A stretch of 59,377 nt of DNA, from the IMG/VR virus record IMGVR_UViG_3300005805_000096, positions 1 through 59,377 of that record. One strand, given 5' to 3'. Source of the DNA: a virus (taxonomy: Duplodnaviria; Caudoviricetes). The position numbers and the translations under genes were made by a program. Each line of letters opens with the position of its first letter. Position 1 is the first letter of the stretch. The notes below the pieces were generated by a model. It was not told the origin of the DNA. It was given only the letters and a program-made list of their open reading frames with translations, and searched no databases. Shown one piece after another: positions 34,921 to 47,700 of this stretch.

Positions 34921-35298
34921 ATGGCACTTTATAACGGCTTTAGCACATTTAATAGATCCAAACATTTTAGGATCACTGATTTTGAACTGGTTAAGCAGGA
35001 CCTGATCAACCATTTTAATATCCGCAAGGGTGAAAAACTAATGAACCCAGATTTTGGCACTATAATTTGGGATATGATATTTGAACCATTGGATGAAAAT
35101 ACTAAAAGCACAGTGATGCAGGATGTTAATAGAATTATTGCCAACGATCCTAGGGTAGCAGCGCAAAACGTGGTAGTTACACAGTATGAGCACGGTTTAC
35201 AGATAGAAATTGCTTTGTTATATGTAAGCACAGATCAACGCAGCCTTTTAACAGTACAGTTTGATCAAAAAAGCAAACAAGTAACACAAGTTCTTTAA
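34921..35298 (+). CDS. gp25: Baseplate wedge subunit (gp25-like)
   Basis: RKGEKLMNPDFGT.IW..IFEP…DPRV; TAAATA 5 nt upstream. Confidence 0.9.
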   Translation: MALYNGFSTFNRSKHFRITDFELVKQDLINHFNIRKGEKLMNPDFGTIIWDMIFEPLDENTKSTVMQDVNRIIANDPRVAAQNVVVTQYEHGLQIEIALLYVSTDQRSLLTVQFDQKSKQVTQVL

Positions 35299-35342
35299 CT
35301 GCCCATATTTTAATTTTAATAAATATCTAAAATGAGGATTGT

Positions 35343-38300
35343 ATGGCTAATACTACAAGACAGAATAACCTTCTTGTAAATCAAGACTGGACAAAGATAT
35401 ACGAAAGCTTCCGTAATGCGGACTTTCAAAGCTATGATTTTCAAACATTACGTAAGTCAATGATTGATTATTTGCGAGTATATTATCCTGAAGATTTCAA
35501 TGATTTTATAGAAAGCAGTGAATATATTGCCCTAATCGATATGATTGCCTTCTTAGGGCAAAGTCTAGCTTTTAGAACTGATCTCAATGCTAGAGAAAAT
35601 TTTATAGACACTGCTGAAAGGCGAGATAGTGTTTTAAAATTAGCTAGATTAGTAAGCTATGTCCCTAAACGTAATCAAACAGCATACGGCTATATGAAGT
35701 TTGATAGCATTCAAACTACTGAAACCCTGTTCGATAGTAACGGAACTGATTTAACTAATTTAATTGTCAAATGGAATGATAGTGCAAATATAAACTGGTA
35801 TGAACAGTTTGTAACTATTATAAACGCAGCCTTGCCCAGCAATCAAACTGTGGGCAGACCCGCAAATAGCAAATTGATTGCCGGCATAATAAATGATGAA
35901 TATAACCTCAATGTAACCCCAGGAACTTTACCAGTATTTGCATATCAAACACAGGTTGAAAATGCAGCATTAAATTTTGAAGTTATTAGCGTTACTAGCC
36001 AAGGTGAAGAATACATTTATGAAGTACCACCTCAACCAGGTAGACCATTGAATGTAATTTATAAAAATGATAACTTAGGTAACGCAAGTAATAACACTGG
36101 ATTTTTCTTTTATTTTAAACAGGGTGAATTACAGAATTATGACTTCACATTGAGTGAAAGTATTCCTAACAACGTTGTTTCAGTTAATATAAACAACATT
36201 AATAATACGGATGTGTGGCTATATCAATTAGCCAATACTGGAACAGTATTCCAGCAATGGCAACAAGTTCCTGCGGTTAACGGTGTAAACATTATATACA
36301 ACAACAATGCACCAAAAAATAGTTACCAAGTAACTTCAAGAAATAACGATCAGATTAATCTAGTGTTTGGCGACGGAACTTTTAGTGCGATTCCTCAGGG
36401 TAGTTTTAGAGTTTATGTAAGATCCAGTACTGGATTGACTTATAAAATAACTCCTGATGAAATGCAGAATATTAATTTGTCAATTCCTTATATTAGTAAG
36501 GCTGGTAGATTAGAAACTCTAACAATTGTATCTAGTTTAAAATATACAGTAACGAACGCTATTGCTCGAGAAAGTCTCAATGAGATACGTAGCAAAGCTC
36601 CACAGCTTTATTACACACAAAATCGCATGGTTACTGGTGAAGATTATAACACCTTTCCCTATGCAAATTATAGCAATATCAGTAAGGTAAAAAGCGTTAA
36701 TAGAACCAGCAGCGGAGTTAGTAGATTCTTAGATGTAGTAGATACCACAGGTAGATATAGTAACACTAATATCTTTGCCACTGATGGAATTTTATTTGAA
36801 GAAGATGACGTTACTAACTTTAATTTTACCTGGAGTACTAGGGCGGATATTAATCGCATCATTCAGAATGAAATTTTACCTGCAATACGCAGTGAATTGC
36901 TATTGCATTTTTATTATGCTTATTTTAATAGGTTTTCTTTAAACAATTTGTATTGGTATAGAAGCAGTGTTGGAAGTAATAGCAGCACTGGTTATTTCGT
37001 AAACAGCTCTGGACAAATACAACAAATTGGCACTGGAGTAACAGGTAATACAGCCTACATTACTAACAATAGTATAGTAGTCTTTAGTCCAGGAGCAGGA
37101 AATTATTTTAACAGCAAGAACGAAATAACTCCTCTGCCATCAGGAGGAATATTACCACCCAATGGCCAATTGTTATTATATGTAACAGTTTCTAATGTAA
37201 TTGGTAACGCCACACAGGGTACATTAAGTGATGGGACGGGTCCTGTTATTTTAACAGATAATGTTCCACCAGATGCACAGGCAATCACAGTTATTCCAGC
37301 ATTTAGTAACAGCTTTACTACCGCATTTACTGCGGATGTAATTAATTTAATCTCAAGTTATACAGAGTTTGGAATCCGTTATGATCAAAGCTCACGTAGT
37401 TGGAAAATAGTCACAGCACAAAACTTAGATTTATCTAGCCCATTCAGTCAACAGTATGAAGGCAACAATTCTGGCGCTGGATTAGATGCTAGTTGGTTGT
37501 TAAGTTTTACGGTAAACGGCACTATCTATACTGTAAACATAAGAGGATTAAGTTATATTTTTGAAAGTGTCAAAGAAACAAAGTTCTTCTTTGATAATAG
37601 AACAAAGATATTTGATCCGGTGACTGGACTCACCGTAAATGACTTTGTTAACGTTTTAGCAGTCAACGGTAACCCAGATACTAATGCACCTCTAAGTCAA
37701 AATGTTTTATGGTTTATCTATAATCAAATAGCTGAATCTGACGGTTATGTTGATAACAGTAAGGTGCTGGTTACTTATGCTGACAGTAATGATGACGGTG
37801 TACCAGACAATCCAGACATATTTACTACGGTGGTTGAGCCAAATACTAATCCAAATAACAAATTAGTATTTTTTGTTAAGACCTACGGTTACGGTGGATT
37901 TGTAACTTATACCAGCGTTGATAATGCATTAGTAAACACAAATTTTGCCACCTATGCAGAAATACTGCCTAATATCAACAATTATGTCATAGGACAAATA
38001 TTTTATACCACTGTGGAAGAAACCTTTTACGTTCTTACATTGACAAATTCTACTAGAACTTTGGTAGAATCACAGGATTATATAGCAAGAACTGGTCGCC
38101 AAAGTCTTTACTTCCAATACAGACATAATGCTCCAGGAAATAGCAGGTTGGATCCAAGCCCAAGTAATTTAATTGATATGTTTATCTTAACTAAAGATTT
38201 TGAATCACAATATAGAACTTGGGCATTAGACACTACAGGTACCGTAGATGAACCACCAACACCAAGCAGTGAAACTTTGCGAACTGAATTTGTAAACTTA

Positions 38301-38747
38301 GATGATTATAAGAGTGTAAGTGATAGCATAGTTTACAACAATGCGAAATTTAAACCTTTGTTTGGTAACAAGGCTAAACCTGAACTTCAAGCTACCTTCA
38401 AAGTTATTAAAAATTCAAACATTAATTTAACGGATAGTGAAATTCGCAGTCAAGTATTGGCTTATATTAATATCTTCTTCAGCACACAGAATTGGGATTT
38501 TGGAGAGACTTTTTACTTTACTGAACTAGCTAGCTATATTCAGACCAGTATGGCCCCTACAGTAAGCAGTATAATTATTGTGCCAAATGATGTAAATCAA
38601 CCTTATGGTTCATTACAACAAATATCAGCTGAAGTGGATGAAATTTTAATTAGCTGTGCCACAGTACAAAACATTGAAGTAATTAGTGCTATTACTGCTG
38701 CACAATTAGGACTACAAAATCAAGCGGTAAATAATATTATAAACTAA
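35343..38747 (+). CDS. gp6: Baseplate wedge subunit (gp6-like)
   Basis: DF..LR…DF.ESS…ENF.DTA.RR.SV..LA…Y.P; FGDG; ES..EIR..AP…QNRMVT..DY. Confidence 0.9.
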   Translation: MANTTRQNNLLVNQDWTKIYESFRNADFQSYDFQTLRKSMIDYLRVYYPEDFNDFIESSEYIALIDMIAFLGQSLAFRTDLNARENFIDTAERRDSVLKLARLVSYVPKRNQTAYGYMKFDSIQTTETLFDSNGTDLTNLIVKWNDSANINWYEQFVTIINAALPSNQTVGRPANSKLIAGIINDEYNLNVTPGTLPVFAYQTQVENAALNFEVISVTSQGEEYIYEVPPQPGRPLNVIYKNDNLGNASNNTGFFFYFKQGELQNYDFTLSESIPNNVVSVNINNINNTDVWLYQLANTGTVFQQWQQVPAVNGVNIIYNNNAPKNSYQVTSRNNDQINLVFGDGTFSAIPQGSFRVYVRSSTGLTYKITPDEMQNINLSIPYISKAGRLETLTIVSSLKYTVTNAIARESLNEIRSKAPQLYYTQNRMVTGEDYNTFPYANYSNISKVKSVNRTSSGVSRFLDVVDTTGRYSNTNIFATDGILFEEDDVTNFNFTWSTRADINRIIQNEILPAIRSELLLHFYYAYFNRFSLNNLYWYRSSVGSNSSTGYFVNSSGQIQQIGTGVTGNTAYITNNSIVVFSPGAGNYFNSKNEITPLPSGGILPPNGQLLLYVTVSNVIGNATQGTLSDGTGPVILTDNVPPDAQAITVIPAFSNSFTTAFTADVINLISSYTEFGIRYDQSSRSWKIVTAQNLDLSSPFSQQYEGNNSGAGLDASWLLSFTVNGTIYTVNIRGLSYIFESVKETKFFFDNRTKIFDPVTGLTVNDFVNVLAVNGNPDTNAPLSQNVLWFIYNQIAESDGYVDNSKVLVTYADSNDDGVPDNPDIFTTVVEPNTNPNNKLVFFVKTYGYGGFVTYTSVDNALVNTNFATYAEILPNINNYVIGQIFYTTVEETFYVLTLTNSTRTLVESQDYIARTGRQSLYFQYRHNAPGNSRLDPSPSNLIDMFILTKDFESQYRTWALDTTGTVDEPPTPSSETLRTEFVNLDDYKSVSDSIVYNNAKFKPLFGNKAKPELQATFKVIKNSNINLTDSEIRSQVLAYINIFFSTQNWDFGETFYFTELASYIQTSMAPTVSSIIIVPNDVNQPYGSLQQISAEVDEILISCATVQNIEVISAITAAQLGLQNQAVNNIIN

Positions 38748-38757
38748 AGAAAAAGAA

Positions 38758-41700
38758 ATGCCTGTAACCAAAACTTTAAATTTTTTACCAACGGTATTCC
38801 AAAGCGAAACCAATCAAAAATTCTTAAATGCCACAATGGACCAATTGGTCACAGAACCAAATCTTGTGACTATCAATGGTTATGTTGGGCGCAAATTTGC
38901 ACCAGGTGAAGTAGATGTAACAGAATATGTACGTGAACCATCTACTGCTAGAGCAGACTATCAACTTGAACCTTCTGTCATTGTTAAAGAAACATTGTCT
39001 GGCAATGTTGATTTCCATGTAGCATATCCTGAGGTGTTACAAAAAATAGCATTTTACGGTGGTAAAACTGATAATCAAAGCAGGCTTTGGAGTCAAGAAT
39101 ATTACAGCTATAATCCTTTAATAAACTTTGATGCTTTCATTAACTTTAATCAATATTATTGGCTACCTGATGGACCCTCTGCTGTTAATGTGTTTGCGGG
39201 CGGAACTGAATTAGAAAAAACTTATTACATTTATCCAGACTCCGCAGCTGGAGTCTATAATATTAGTGGGTTTGGCACGGTAAGCAACCCTGATTTGGTA
39301 TTAGCTAGGGGTGGAAATTATCAGTTCAAAGTAAAACAACCAGGGAAACCTTTCTGGATTCAGACTGATCCGGGTGTAAACGGTACTCAAATAGCTAACA
39401 GTAATCTAACTAGTAGACAAATCTTTGGGGTCACAGGCAACGGAACAGATGACGGCACAGTTTATTTCAATGTACCTGATGTAACGGCTCAGGATGTGTT
39501 TGTAACCATGCCTACGGTACAAAATGTTGATTTTGCTACCAATCTTAAATTTAATCAATTACAAGGACAATTAGTTAGTACCATTAATGCTGCATATGGT
39601 GGTATCGATGGTCAACAAACAAACTGGGGCGGCAAATTCCTTATTTTTACCACACTGTGGGCAGACGATGCAGATTGGACAGTTGGGGCAACCACTGTAC
39701 CTTTTTATGAACGCACTGGCATATTTGAAATAAATTTAAGCCCTAGTGGTAGCGATTATGTAGTAGATCTTGACTACGTTGCAGATATACCATTGAATAA
39801 TAAAGTAGCTATACTAAGCGGTATACAAAACGGTAATACAGAATGGTTTAAAAACCCAACTTATGTGCTTGAATTAGTACCAATAGTAACAGCAAATTTA
39901 GATACATTGTATTATCAAGATGGTAGTGACCCAACTCAAGTTGGCGTAATTAAAATAGTTGATCCAAACACTGCATCAATCAATATTGATACGGATATTT
40001 TAGGTAAGAAAAACTATATTAGTCCAAATGGAGTAACATTTACCAATGGACTTAAGATACGTTTTGATATAAATGTTACACCAGAGAGTTATCAAGAAAA
40101 AGAATATTACGTAGACGGTGTTGGCATTGCAATTACTCTCACTCCTGTAACCAATTTGGTTGTAAATTTTGCGTTAGGTGCATCAAATTATGATCCTACT
40201 ACAGCTTTCACTGGCTTGGCTACGGCTACCTACGATAGGACTTTGGAGACTTTATCGATTAGCACCGGTGATGTACCTGCAAATGCAAATATTAGTTACG
40301 GAACTTTCCCAAATTCTATAAACTCAAATTATATTATAACCCAAGATATTAATCTATCATTACCCTACAAGGGCGGATTAAATGATCCTGGTGAACATGT
40401 TAGTACACAACTACGAGATGACGTAATAGGTATGACAGCCGTAGGTATTCCTATTTTTGGTACTTATGGTGGGGAATATGTGCCAGGAGGTAGTGGCACA
40501 CAGTGGCATTTAAACACGACTACTGTTAAAATTAATGGACAGGACGTATATAACGGGTTTGTTGATGATGAAGGTATATACCAATACACCGATAGTTCTT
40601 TTATTACAGCCAATGCATGGGGTAATGTTAGCGGGTTTACAGTAACAGACAACGGTTATTTAGATGTTAATGGGCATAGCAAAATCGTAGGTTTCGCATC
40701 AGACGGATACCCTATTTACGGTCCATTTGGTTATAGTAATGCACTAAGTTCTTCATCTAGTATTATCAGAATGGTCAGCGGATATACTGCAAATGTCAGC
40801 AACCCAGATCGTCCGCAATCACAAACAGTAAATGTGGCATTGCCGGCTAGCTCAAACATTATTACCGTAAACACAAGTTTTGATATTAATCCTGGCATGA
40901 GAATTACCACAAACGACGCTGGAATATTAAGCGGCACCGTTTGGGTCATACGTAGCGGACAGCAAACTATTGTAGGACTAAATGGACATAATCTTACAGT
41001 TAATCAAATTCAATTGAGTAGCAATGTAACAGTGTCTGAGGGTAATAGTTTAACCTTTGCTTATTTGCCTGGTGCATTTATTGAAGATTATACCTTTAGC
41101 AGCAATGTAGGCACATTAGACGAATATAATGGTAGATTTTGTGTTACACCAGAATATCCTAATGGGACCTATGCATATTTTGCTACACAGGATAACACTA
41201 ATACTCCAACATATCCTTATTTTATCGGTAGTGCTTTTTTTGGTAGCTTAGAAAATGATACTAATTCAAACTTATCAGAACCAGAATATATAACGATCAA
41301 TAGAAGTAGTAGAGACTTAAACCCGTGGAGTAGACGTAATAGATGGTTTCATAAAGATGTAATAACAGCCACAGCAATTTATAATAACACTATACCGTTA
41401 TTGGACCAAAATTATAAAGCAAAGCGACCTATAATAGAATTTGATCCTAATATACAATTATTTGACTTTGGAATAAACGGCCTACAACCAATTGATCTAT
41501 TAGATAAAACAACCACCAATCCATTCTTAACCTTTGAAGGGGCAACCAGTGCAGAAATTGATGGAATTGAACTAGTTAATAATATGCGTGTGATTTTCAC
41601 CGCAGACGAAGATCCATTAACTAGAAATAAAATTTGGGTTGTAAACTTTGTTGAATTAACCCCCGGGGCGGAACTTACTATACATTTAGAACTGGCTTCG

Positions 41701-44700
41701 GATGGTAATGTACAAGCCAACGATACGGTCAGTGTATTCAGTGGAGAGACTGAAGCTGGCAATAGTTATTATTACAACGGCAGTGTATGGGATCAAGGAC
41801 AGCGTAAGATTCAGACCAACCAACCACCATTATTTGATATTGTAGATAAAATTGGAATAAGTTTTAGTGATAGAAGCAAATATCCACCATCTGTATTAGG
41901 TTTGACCTTTAACGGTAATAAGATTTTTAGTTATACTGAAGGAAGTGGTGTCAACGATCCAGTGTTAGGCTTTCCATTAGCCTATAAAAACCTTAATAAT
42001 ATTGGTGATATTGAATTTACGAATAATTATGATACTGAATTGTTTAGATATACCGTTGACCAAATAAACTATGTTGATAAAGTTAATACTGGCGATTTAA
42101 TAAAAAATAATGATGATGGATCTAAAACTAGGTTAAATGTTTGGACCACTGTGGTTCAACCTAGTAGACAATATCAGGTTATTCCTTATGTGTTTGATGG
42201 TATAACCAATAGTTTCCTGATAGATGTAATGCCAGATCAACCAACTAGTTTACCTACTCTACAGGTTTACGTTAATTTTAAATTATTAAAACCAACGCAA
42301 TATCAAATTTTTAATTTACCGCAAAACAAAAAATCAATAACAATCAGACCTTCATTAATTGAACAAGGTGATAAGATTGACATTTTAGTTATAAGCAAAC
42401 AAGTAAGTCAATTAGGATACTATGAAATCCCGGTAAATCTAAATTACAATGCACAGAACTTTGTTCTAAATAAACCTACCTTAGGTGATATAAGAAATCA
42501 TATAGGTGAGTTAACAGAAAATAGTTTACAATTTAAAGGGCAATATCCTGGTAATAGTAATCTGCGCGACATTTATGTAGCAGCGCAGGGCGGCACAATT
42601 TTACAGCAAAGTGCTCCTACTACCTTATCTAGCATGTTCCTTTGTGATGAACAAATGAATGTAGTAAATGCTATATTAAATGCACAACAAGAATATACAA
42701 GATTCAAAAATAAATTTTTGAATATAGCAAGTACAGATGCTAACGTAAATGTAAGTGATCCTATTTCCGCCGTTGATTACATTATACAACAGATTAATCA
42801 AATAAAGAATAAGACTTTTCCGTGGTATTATAGTGATATGATACCATATGGTGATAATAAACAAATCATAACTTATAACATCTTTGACCCATTAGAACGT
42901 AGGTATGAAATAACCAATTTATTTGATATGCAGACATTGAGCAATCGCGCAGTGCTGGTATATCTAAATAATCAACAGTTAGTTTGGAGTAAAGATTACG
43001 TATTCAATCCTACTTTACCGGCCGTAGAACTTCTAGATAGAGTAGTTTTAGAAGTTGATGATACTCTAACCATAGTGGAATATGCAGATACTGACGGTAA
43101 TTGGATACCAGAAACGCCAACGAAATTGGGGCTTTACCCTAAATTTGTTCCTATAATTTATACTGATGACACTTATAGAACACCAGTACAGATGATTAAA
43201 GGCCATGATGGAAGTTTAATGCCTGCCTTTAATGATTTTAGAGATGCAATTTTATTAGAATTAGAAAGAAGAATTTATAACAATATAAAAGTTGAATATA
43301 ATGAAAAATTATTCAGCATATATGATAGTAAACCAGGTAAATTTAGAAATATTGGATATACTCAAGCTGAGTGGTCTAGATTACTAGCTAGGGTTTATTT
43401 GCCATGGACTGGATTTAATAATTTAGATTATGTGACAAATTCAACCTTTGTAACCGATAATCCTTGGACATACAACTATGCAGCCAGTTTAGATGTTGTT
43501 GATAGTGAGAATTTACCTGGAAGTTGGCGTGCTTGTTTTGATTATTTTTATGATTGTCAAACACCACACTTGCGCCCATGGGAAATGTTAGGCTTCAGCG
43601 AAGAACCTGATTGGTGGCAAGACACTTACGGTCCAGCACCTTATACGTCAGGTAATACCATATTATGGACAGATTTAGAAAACGGTTATATTGCTGCTGG
43701 ACCAAGACAGGGTATTGATCCTACTTTTACTAGACCAGGTCTCAGTCAATTTATTCCAGTTAACGTTAACGGTGAACCAATGCCGCCAATTGGATTGTTA
43801 ACTAACAAATATAACCAATCTACATTCAATAAAAATTGGCAAGTTGGTCAATGGAGTCCAGTTGAAACTGCTTGGAGAAACACCAGCGAATACCCGTTTG
43901 CATTTCAATTATTAGCAGCAGTTACTCAACCAGCAAAATATTTTGCTGTTGGTGCCACAATTAACAAATATAAGTTCAATGAAGATTTACAGCAGTTCTT
44001 AATACAAGATACTAATTATAGATTAACTCAACAAGATATTGAAGTTAATGGTTATGTAACTCTTGACAATACTATTCAACGTAGTGCCAGCTATATTAAC
44101 TGGATTGGTGATTATCTAACCACTTTAGGAATTCTTAATAAAGGAAACCTATTACGATATATTAGAGATTACAGTGTTCAACTAAGTTATAGAATGGCAG
44201 GGTTTAGTGGAAAAAATTATTTAAAAATCTTAGCAGAACAAAATAGTCCCAATAGTATTAATCAATCTGTGATTATTCCTGACAGTGATTTTGCTGTTGA
44301 GTTAAACAAGTCTACTCCACTTAACAATGTTAGGTATAGTGCAGTTATAATTGAAAAGTTAGCTGAAGGTTGGTCTGTTAGTGGATATGATTTTAATAAC
44401 CCTTATTTCACAGTAATCATTCCTACAGCTAAAGGTTCAAACAGAACAGTTTCATCTTTGAATCTCAGTGTCGATTGGTTTACTGAATTTACAAACCTCA
44501 AAGTTAATGTTCCTTATCAAACAGTGTTTGACAATAATCAACAAATAGCCACATTCTTGTGCGGTTACCAAAGGTTTTTACAATCACAAGGTTTTAGGTT
44601 TGACTATTATGACCCTGATCTAGCCCAGATAAGAAATTGGGATTTAAGCGCCAAAGAATTCTTATTTTGGGTTGAACAAGGTTGGCCTGCAGGTAGTGTT

Positions 44701-47700
44701 TTAATACTAAGCCCTATAGCTGACAACCTAAAGTTTCAATTTAATGCGGCGGTGGTAGATGGTATTGAAAATACCTTTTATGGCACCAAAGTAATGACAC
44801 AGAATTATGTAGTTTTAGACAGTGATGCATATACTGTAAACAGAGATAATAATGTTTTTAAATTAAGTTTAGATAATAAAACAGGAGACCTAATAGGTTT
44901 TGTTAGTTTAAATCTTGTTCAGTACGAACATGTAATTATCTTTAATAATATCACTCAGTTTAATGATATAATATATGACCCGGCCAGTGGTCAACGCCAA
45001 TATAAGATGAAAGTTGTTGGTAAAAAAACAGGAGATTGGACGGGTCAATTGGCCGCGCCAGGCTTTGTATATAATAGTCCTGGTGTTATTTCTTGGAGGC
45101 CAGATACAGATTACCTAAAAGGTGATCTAATAGAATATAAAGGATTTTATTATGCTGCCAGCAAAGACTTACCTGGCACTCCTGAATTTATATTTGCCAA
45201 TTGGATTCCAGTAGATAAGGATAAAATTCAAACGGGTTTACTGCCAAACTTTGCAACAAACGCAGGGTTATCCGTAGATTTCTATGACGTTGACGGGGTA
45301 AATTTAGACAGTAAGTTTGACCTTTATAGCTTAGGATTGATAGGTTATAGAAATCGTAGTTATTTAAATGATTTAGGCGTTGATGATACAACACAGGTTA
45401 AATTTTATCAGGGGTTCATCAAACAAAAAGGCACACTCAATGCTATTAATGCTTTAGCAAATGTTAGTTTTAATAATGAAAATACTAGCGTAAACATAAA
45501 TGAGGAATGGGCATTTAGAGTAGGAGCCTACGGTAGTTTAGCTACGAATCAATACGTTGAGTTGGTGCTGGATGAAAGCTATACCCTAAATAACCCAACT
45601 AGCTTATTAGTTAATAGTAATAATGTTGTTACATACACCTCTCTATATAATGATGGTCAAGGTCTATACAAAACTTCTGAGATGCCATTTAGTTCTCCAT
45701 TTTTGTTAAACAGAACAAATAACAGCATTAGAACAGATGATATACAAACAGCGGGCTATGCTAGTTTAGAGGATGTTGATTTTACAATCTTTGACATTAA
45801 AGATTTGAATTCTCTTAATGGTAACCTTAATAATATCGGAGTTGGATCAACCATATGGGCAGCAAAATCCTATGCTAACGAATGGGAGATTTATAGGGTA
45901 AATGAAACTTATGCAGAAGTTCAACGTATTGACAATAGTCTAAATGGATTCTACCTTATAACTACTAATGTGGCACACAATTTTGCAACGAGTGACATTG
46001 TACTATTAAAAAATTGCGGAGTATTTTCAGGATTTTATCAAGTTGAGATTGTCCCTACACTTAATACTTTTATTATCAATTTTGGAGTAGCTATTCCTGA
46101 TTTTAATAGTTTAGTTACAATTTCTAGTCCTGCATATAAATTAACAAGTCAGAGGTTTACCTATGGCAGTGAAATAAAGTCATCAACTCCAATTGAAGGA
46201 TACAGAGCTAATAGTAAAGTTTGGGTAGATAACGCAACAATCAATAACACTTGGGCAGTATATAATAAATCTAATCCGTGGTTAGCAAATACATCACTTA
46301 GTCAAAGCGAGACCTATGCTAACTTAAATTATGGTTCAGCAACACATATTACACAAAACAATGAATTTATTGTAGTTGGCGCAAGTGGGTTTAATAACGG
46401 AGTTGGTAGGTGCTATACTTTTGCCACAGATGATGCTGGTAATTACGCTGAAAAACCATACATAGATCCATATTCAATTGACTCTAAAGAATTTGGTATC
46501 ACCGTAGACGGCACAAATGATGTTGTAGTTATTGGCGCACCAGGCAGCAGAAACGATACTGGATACGTGTTTTATTACAGCAGAAACTTTTTAGGACAGA
46601 TAAATCTACAACAGGTTATTGGTACAAATGTCTCTGGTGCACGATTTGGTCAAAGTGTTAGCGTTAGTGACGATGGTGAATGGCTATACGTTGGTGCACC
46701 AAACGAAGATGCTGTATATGTTTATAGTTATAATACCAACATACCACTGCAAAGTGATACAGTAGTTGGTAATGGTGTTGCTACAGTTTTCACATTGTCT
46801 TATACACCAGTAGATCAAAATACTTTAGTTGCTACCTTAATTGATACACCTATTATTAATTATGTACCCGGGGTTGATTTTACAGTCACTGGAGCAACAA
46901 TTACGTTCACGTCACCACCAACTGCTAATGTAGCTGTGGTGCAACGTGCTGGATTCCAGTTTGTTGATAAGATATTAGGCACAGCAGGATCTAAATTTGG
47001 TTATAGTGTTGCCACTAGTACTGGTGGGGCCCAGGTTGTTGTTGGTGCTCCAGATCTAAACGTTAACGGTGATATACAAGCTGGTGGTATATCTGTTTAT
47101 GATAGAAGTATTGAAAAATTCATAGCCAACGGAAGTCAAAGCCAGTTTGGTGGGCAGAGACCAGTTCAATCATACAGTAAAGTTTATATCGATGCAAATT
47201 TACAGGCTACACCAACTAACTATACCGTCAGCGGCAATAATGTAAACTTTACGACAAATGTATCAGCTGGCAGCATAGTAACTATTGAAACGGATGAATT
47301 TTACAAAATTCAAGATCTATACCCTGCAGACAATCAATCAGAAGCAAAATTTGGCTACAGCGTTGACTTATGCAGCTTTAATTGCAGCATCTATGCAGGT
47401 GCACCATTTGAATCTACTGATGTACGAGCAAGTATCGGTAGTGTGTATAGATTCTTAAATCAAGGTAGGGTATATGGTACAATAACCGGCACGGTACAAA
47501 ACCCAGTAGTTACTGCCAATAACAGTATTAGATTGAATGATTTTGAAGTAGTGTTTAGTGGAGGAAACTTAACCTCCATAGTGAATTCAATTAATAATGC
47601 AGATATTCCCGGGGTCACAGCAACCAATGTTGGCGGATATCTAACCATTAACTCTGATAGTGTGTTGGTAGCAGATAAATTAAGGGTATTGCCTGGCGTA